A DNA stretch of 64,000 bases, from the NCBI GenBank assembly GCA_964016885.1, contig OZ024751.1, forward strand, positions 25,110,001-25,174,000, in the 5' to 3' direction. Position numbers and translations under genes: made by a program. Under the pieces are notes generated by a model, which was not told the origin of the DNA, ran no database searches, and saw only the letters and a program-made list of their open reading frames with translations. The stretch comes from Eledone cirrhosa (taxonomy: Eukaryota). The stretch's first letter is position 1. Each line of letters starts with the position of its first letter. Positions 59,399 to 64,000 of the stretch are shown one piece after another.

Positions 59399-59590
59399 GC
59401 GGTGGATTGGCACTATCGGTAGAGGGTCGGACGCCATGCTTTGCAGCATAGAGTTACGGCCCTTTATGATCTGAGTTCAAATCCCGCCGAGGTTAACTTT
59501 GCCTTTCATCCTTACGGGGTCGATAAAATAAAGTACCAGTAATGCACTGGGTTATTGCTGGCCTTGTGCCTAAAATAGAAACAATTATTA
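59399..59590 (+). mobile_element. Meta/MESC SINE, full length; followed by an internally deleted variant (59603-59755)
   Basis: Consensus match with ATT-rich flanks. Confidence 0.92.
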
Positions 59591-59798
59591 TTATTTTTAA
59601 AAAGGGCGATGGATAAGCAAAATCGGTAGAGCGTTGTAGAAGATCCTTACAGGGTCGATGAAATAAAGTACCAGTAACGCATTGGGGTCGATTTAATCCA
59701 CATTCCCCTTCCCCCAAATTGATGGCCATGTGTCTAATTCAGAAACCATTATTATTATTATTTTTAAGGGGCGGTGGATGAGCAGAATCATCATCATC

Positions 59799-59844
<46 letters not shown>

Positions 59845-59945
59845 ACATCATCACCACCATCCTCATTATCATCGCCTTCACCATCATCAAAAACAACTTC
59901 ATTATCAGCATCGTCATCATCATCACCACCAACATCAGTAACAGT

Positions 59946-60332
59946 AATAATTGTTTCTACTTTTGGCACAAGGCCAGCAATTACCAGTGCATTACTGGTA
60001 CTTTATTTTATATCGACCCGGTAAGGATGAAAAGCAAAGTTAACCTCGACCGGATTTGAACTCAGACCGTAAAGGGCTGTAACTCTATGCTGGAAAGCAT
60101 TGCGTCCGACCCTCTACCGATACTGCCAATCCACCGCCAATAACAGTAATAATTGTTTCTACGTTAGGCACAAGGCCAGTAATTACCCAGTACATTACTG
60201 GTACTTTATTTTATCGACCCTGTAAGGATGAAAGGCAAAGTTAACCTCGACGGGATTTGAACTCAGAATGGCAAGGGCCGTAACTCTATGCGTCAAAGCA
60301 TGGCGTCCGACCCTCTACCTATACTGCCAATC
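59946..60332 (-). mobile_element. Tandem dimer of Meta/MESC SINEs (59946-60138, 60148-60332)
   Basis: TAACAGTAATAATT at 59939 and 60141 flanks the first copy as a TSD. Confidence 0.92.
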
Positions 60333-60598
60333 GACAATAACCACCACATAATATCAATTAACTATAATAAAGTTACATTAGTTAAGTACATTAGCAAAAT
60401 TGATAAATGTTTCTCTCACTATTTTTCTATTTCTCTTAGTAAAAGTATTTTCTTAATCAACTCAAGTCAAGGAATTCTAAATTAATGAAGAAATCAAAAT
60501 GGCTGCTCTGCTTCACAGAAACAAAATCTGTTTGCTAGTTAAAAAAAGCATTAAAATTCCATCAAAATATTTAACTACACCCTTCCTATTACGCACGG

Positions 60599-60645
<47 letters not shown>

Positions 60646-60668
60646 CTCAGTATATCTCTTTTTCGCGC

Positions 60669-60717
<49 letters not shown>

Positions 60718-60987
60718 GTCTCTTTCTGTTTCTCTCTCTCTCTGTCTCTCACTCTCTCTCTATCTATCTGTCTCTTTCTGTTACTCTTTCTCTCACTCTC
60801 TCTCTCTCTCTCTCTCTGTCTCTCACTCTCGCTCTATCTATCTGTCTCTTTATGTTACTCTTTCTCTCACTCTATCTCTCTCTCTCTGTCTCTCACTCTC
60901 GCTCTATCTAACTATCTATCTCTTTCTGTTTCTTTCTCTTCTCTTTCCCTTTCTCTGTCTCTCCTAAAATGACATTATTAACGACAT

Positions 60988-61171
60988 TGGATAAGCTGTA
61001 TCAGTAGAGGGTCAGACGCCATGCTTTGAAGCATAGAGTTACGTCCCTTTATGATCTGAGTTCAAATCCCGCCGAGGTTAACTTTGCCTTTCATCCTTAC
61101 GGGGTCTATAAAATAAAGTACCAGTAATGTACTGGGTATTTGCTGGCTTGTGCCTAAATTAGAAACAATAT
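60988..61171 (+). mobile_element. Meta/MESC SINE
   Basis: Consensus match. Confidence 0.9.
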
Positions 61172-61390
61172 TACATAATATCTATATATGAAATATTTAT
61201 AACCATTGACAGATTGCAGCCTAGCTGCTCTAATCTAATATTGACAATTTCTCCGTTGTTTTCTTTGGTCATTGTAAATATTTACAAACAATTACTGACT
61301 CATTATGTTCATTTATTTTACAAACACCCTAGTGTAAATGTATGAGCCATGAGACACTATCATCTCTCTCCCACTCTCTCTTTCTCTCTA

Positions 61391-61508
<118 letters not shown>

Positions 61509-61738
61509 AAGGCGTGTGGCGGAGTGGTTAGAGAATTGGATTCGCAATCGTAAGGTTGTGAGTTCGATTCCTGGACCAGGCGATGCGTTATGTCCTTGAG
61601 AAAGACACTTTATTTCACGTTGCTCCTTCTACCTGGAGTTGCGACCGATAGATAGTATTAGCAATTGGAAAGACCGACGGAAACATTGTTCCTTCGGTCC
61701 GATTTGACGAAAGCCGATCGTTTCCTTTTCGTTTCCTT

Positions 61739-61740
<2 letters not shown>
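61509..61740 (+). mobile_element. tRNA-derived CORE-type SINE
   Basis: A-box TGGCGGAGTGG, B-box GAGTTCGATTCC, then a TGTCCTTGAGAAAGACACTTT CORE-like block. Flanked by (TG)n. Confidence 0.75.
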
Positions 61741-61783
<43 letters not shown>

Positions 61784-61786
<3 letters not shown>

Positions 61787-61977
61787 AGGTTGCTCTCGAG
61801 TGCTACTGGTAATATGTAACCCAGTACTACCTGTCTCATGGTGGGGTCGTCGGCGACTAAACCGGCAAACCCACCAAGTTTGCTTGGTGAGGAGAGTGAT
61901 ATTTGGACACCCTGTGGGAAAAAGTACAAGTCCCGTCAAAGGGAGGAGGAACTCAACAGAGTCAACGGCCATCCAAA
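61784..61977 (+). mobile_element. ~190-bp element, copy B, with an HDV-like ribozyme candidate
   Basis: Homologous to 68-255. Contains CCAGT...GG-TCG-TCGG-CGA-CTAA-ACCGG. Confidence 0.6.
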
Positions 61978-62014
61978 TAGTACATTTTTTTTTTACTTCA
62001 TATACATATATATA

Positions 62015-62487
62015 TGTTGTTATACTTTGGGAGGGTCATGCTGCCAATAAGAAACACACGCACCAGTCGATTTCACTCCAATTTATTATAAATTAAATTT
62101 TTAAATTTAAGAATTTATAAATTTCTGGTTGGTTGGTTCCACAACCGGACGGTTGTTCATATATTGTCAAATTTCTTTCGTCACACATTAAAAAAAAACA
62201 AAAAAAAAACAAGATGGCGTAGTACAGAACAAAGGAGAGGCACAAAACAAAGAAAAGAATCCCCAGTCACTGAAGAAGTCACAGAATGTGTGACGAAAGA
62301 ACTTTGACAATATATGAACAACCGTCCGGTTGTGGAACCAACAAACCAACCGGAAATTCAAAATAAATTGGAGTGAAAGCAACTGGTGCGTGTGTTTCTT
62401 ATTGGCAACATGACCCTCCCAAAGTATAACAATATCGGTTTCAACACACGTTTTCAGATAAAGAATCTTGCTAAGCAAATTCAGAAA

Positions 62488-62490
<3 letters not shown>
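62015..62490. mobile_element. Inverted pair of Penelope-like terminal repeats
   Basis: 62017-62187 is the reverse complement of about 62285-62432, and the pair is bounded by TA repeats. Confidence 0.7.
62266..62308 (+). ncRNA. Minimal type I hammerhead motif
   Basis: GUCA | CUGAAGA | A-GUCAC-AGAAUGU-GUGAC | GAAA | G-AA-C | UU ^ UGAC. Stem I is GUCA/UGAC and stem III is very short. Confidence 0.65.
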
Positions 62491-62554
<64 letters not shown>

Positions 62555-63192
62555 GAAACGCATTAATCTATCTCCCTATCGCTGTTATCTGCCTTGATAT
62601 ATCCCATCAACACTTTAGTGTTGATGGGATATATACATTCACTTTACATGAACATCTTCATTATATGGTTTACAGACAGCATTATTCTGAATCACGCTGT
62701 GTTAGACTGCATTGTTAATTTAATGGATTAATGAGAGATGGACGGGAAGTGCTAAGGTCCCTCTTTCGGAGCCTTTAACATTGCTGGGAAGAAGAGAGTA
62801 GGAAAGAAATTATTCTCAGAATAGAGATCTGACATAATTACTTTTATCAGTTATGTAATCCGCTAAAATGCAAACATGGGCCTGATAATAGTGTTGATAA
62901 ACCGAACAAGTGATTAAGACTACCAACACTCAGTTTCTTCAACTCCCTAAATGTCCCACACAAAGCTCCAGCTAACTCGGTATAATAACAGAGTGCAGAA
63001 CACAGAAGTCAGAAGTCAGCGAGCTAATATGTTACGCAATAAGTTCTCAAACTCTTTGGACCACCGTCCCCCTCACGGCCACGTTATACCCTCAGCGCTC
63101 CTTAACCCTATTTCCAGAGAGAGAGAGAGAGCTGCCTACAGGCAAATTTTAAACAATATATAATACATAAAATCATAGATTTATATATATTA

Positions 63193-63383
63193 AATAATTG
63201 TTTCTACTTTTTGGCACAAGGCCAGCAATTATTCCAGTGTATAACTGGTAGTTTATTTTATCGACCCCGTGAGGATGAAAGGTAAAGTTAAATTTCGGCG
63301 GGATTTGAACTGAGACCGTAAAGGGCCGTAACTCTATGCTGCAAAGCATGGTGCCCGTCTCTCTACCGATACTGCCAATCCAT
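63193..63383 (-). mobile_element. Meta/MESC SINE
   Basis: Reverse complement of the consensus. Confidence 0.9.
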
Positions 63384-63920
63384 AATAATGTAATATATTC
63401 TATGTATAAATAAATATATTATATGTATATTTTAATTTTAGTACATTTATATATAATATGTATCATTTGATATTTAATATACATTTATATCATTTCTACC
63501 ACTAGACTCCACCATCGCCTTCTGGACCCCCCCCCCCCCTCCCCTGATAGCAGCGCCCGATTTGAGAACCTCTTTGTTACGCTGTAGCATTGGATCTGAA
63601 ACCAAATGCTTACTAAGCAAACCTGTTAACCCCAGAGTTAGGCTTGCGTTTTATAAAGTAGAAATCATTCATATCAAATTCCTCTCAAATATTTTTGAAA
63701 AGAAAGCCGAGAAAATATATCGAACGAAAAAAAAGAAAAAAACGTTATTAATCATCTCCAATGGATTGACATTAATAGTACTAGATCGATAGTAAGTTAC
63801 ATTTAGAAGACTTGACAACCTCTTCATATTTGACTCATTTAACATGTAATGTTAGTACGAATTGACACTTTTGTGTGCATTGTATCTCTACTGTAGTTGA
63901 GCGTTCTTTGTTTAAACTAA

Positions 63921-63971
<51 letters not shown>

Positions 63972-64000
63972 TATGTATGCATAAATATGTATATAACGTA

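Noticed and set aside
61509-61580. tRNA gene
   Set aside because: A and B boxes are present, but the acceptor stem does not close and the sequence continues into a CORE-type SINE body.

Overview
AT-rich, microsatellite-dense eukaryotic non-coding DNA, intronic or intergenic, with a 200-N assembly gap at 4923-5122. The repeat content resembles an octopus/coleoid cephalopod genome; this is my inference, not a database result. I could not support any host protein-coding exon, and almost all ORFs in the track are translations of simple repeats. The window is made of mobile-element remnants. These include about 18 copies of a young ~190-bp tRNA-derived Meta/MESC-domain SINE (several with target-site duplications or in tandem), an older long-tailed relative, and CORE-type SINEs. 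There are also 3' ends of CRE-like, RTE-like and CR1-like LINEs, an internally deleted Helitron with an intact 3' hairpin+CTAG, a two-copy MITE and a 22-bp minisatellite. The most notable signal is a set of type I hammerhead ribozyme motifs from several unrelated sequence families, read directly from the sequence. They sit beside (TA)n tracts, often in fold-back palindromes that encode the ribozyme on both strands, and one carries a compensatory U3-A8 core. They are most likely Penelope-like-element termini. A two-copy ~190-bp element also partly matches an HDV-like ribozyme. All folds and translations were done by eye and need computational and biochemical confirmation.
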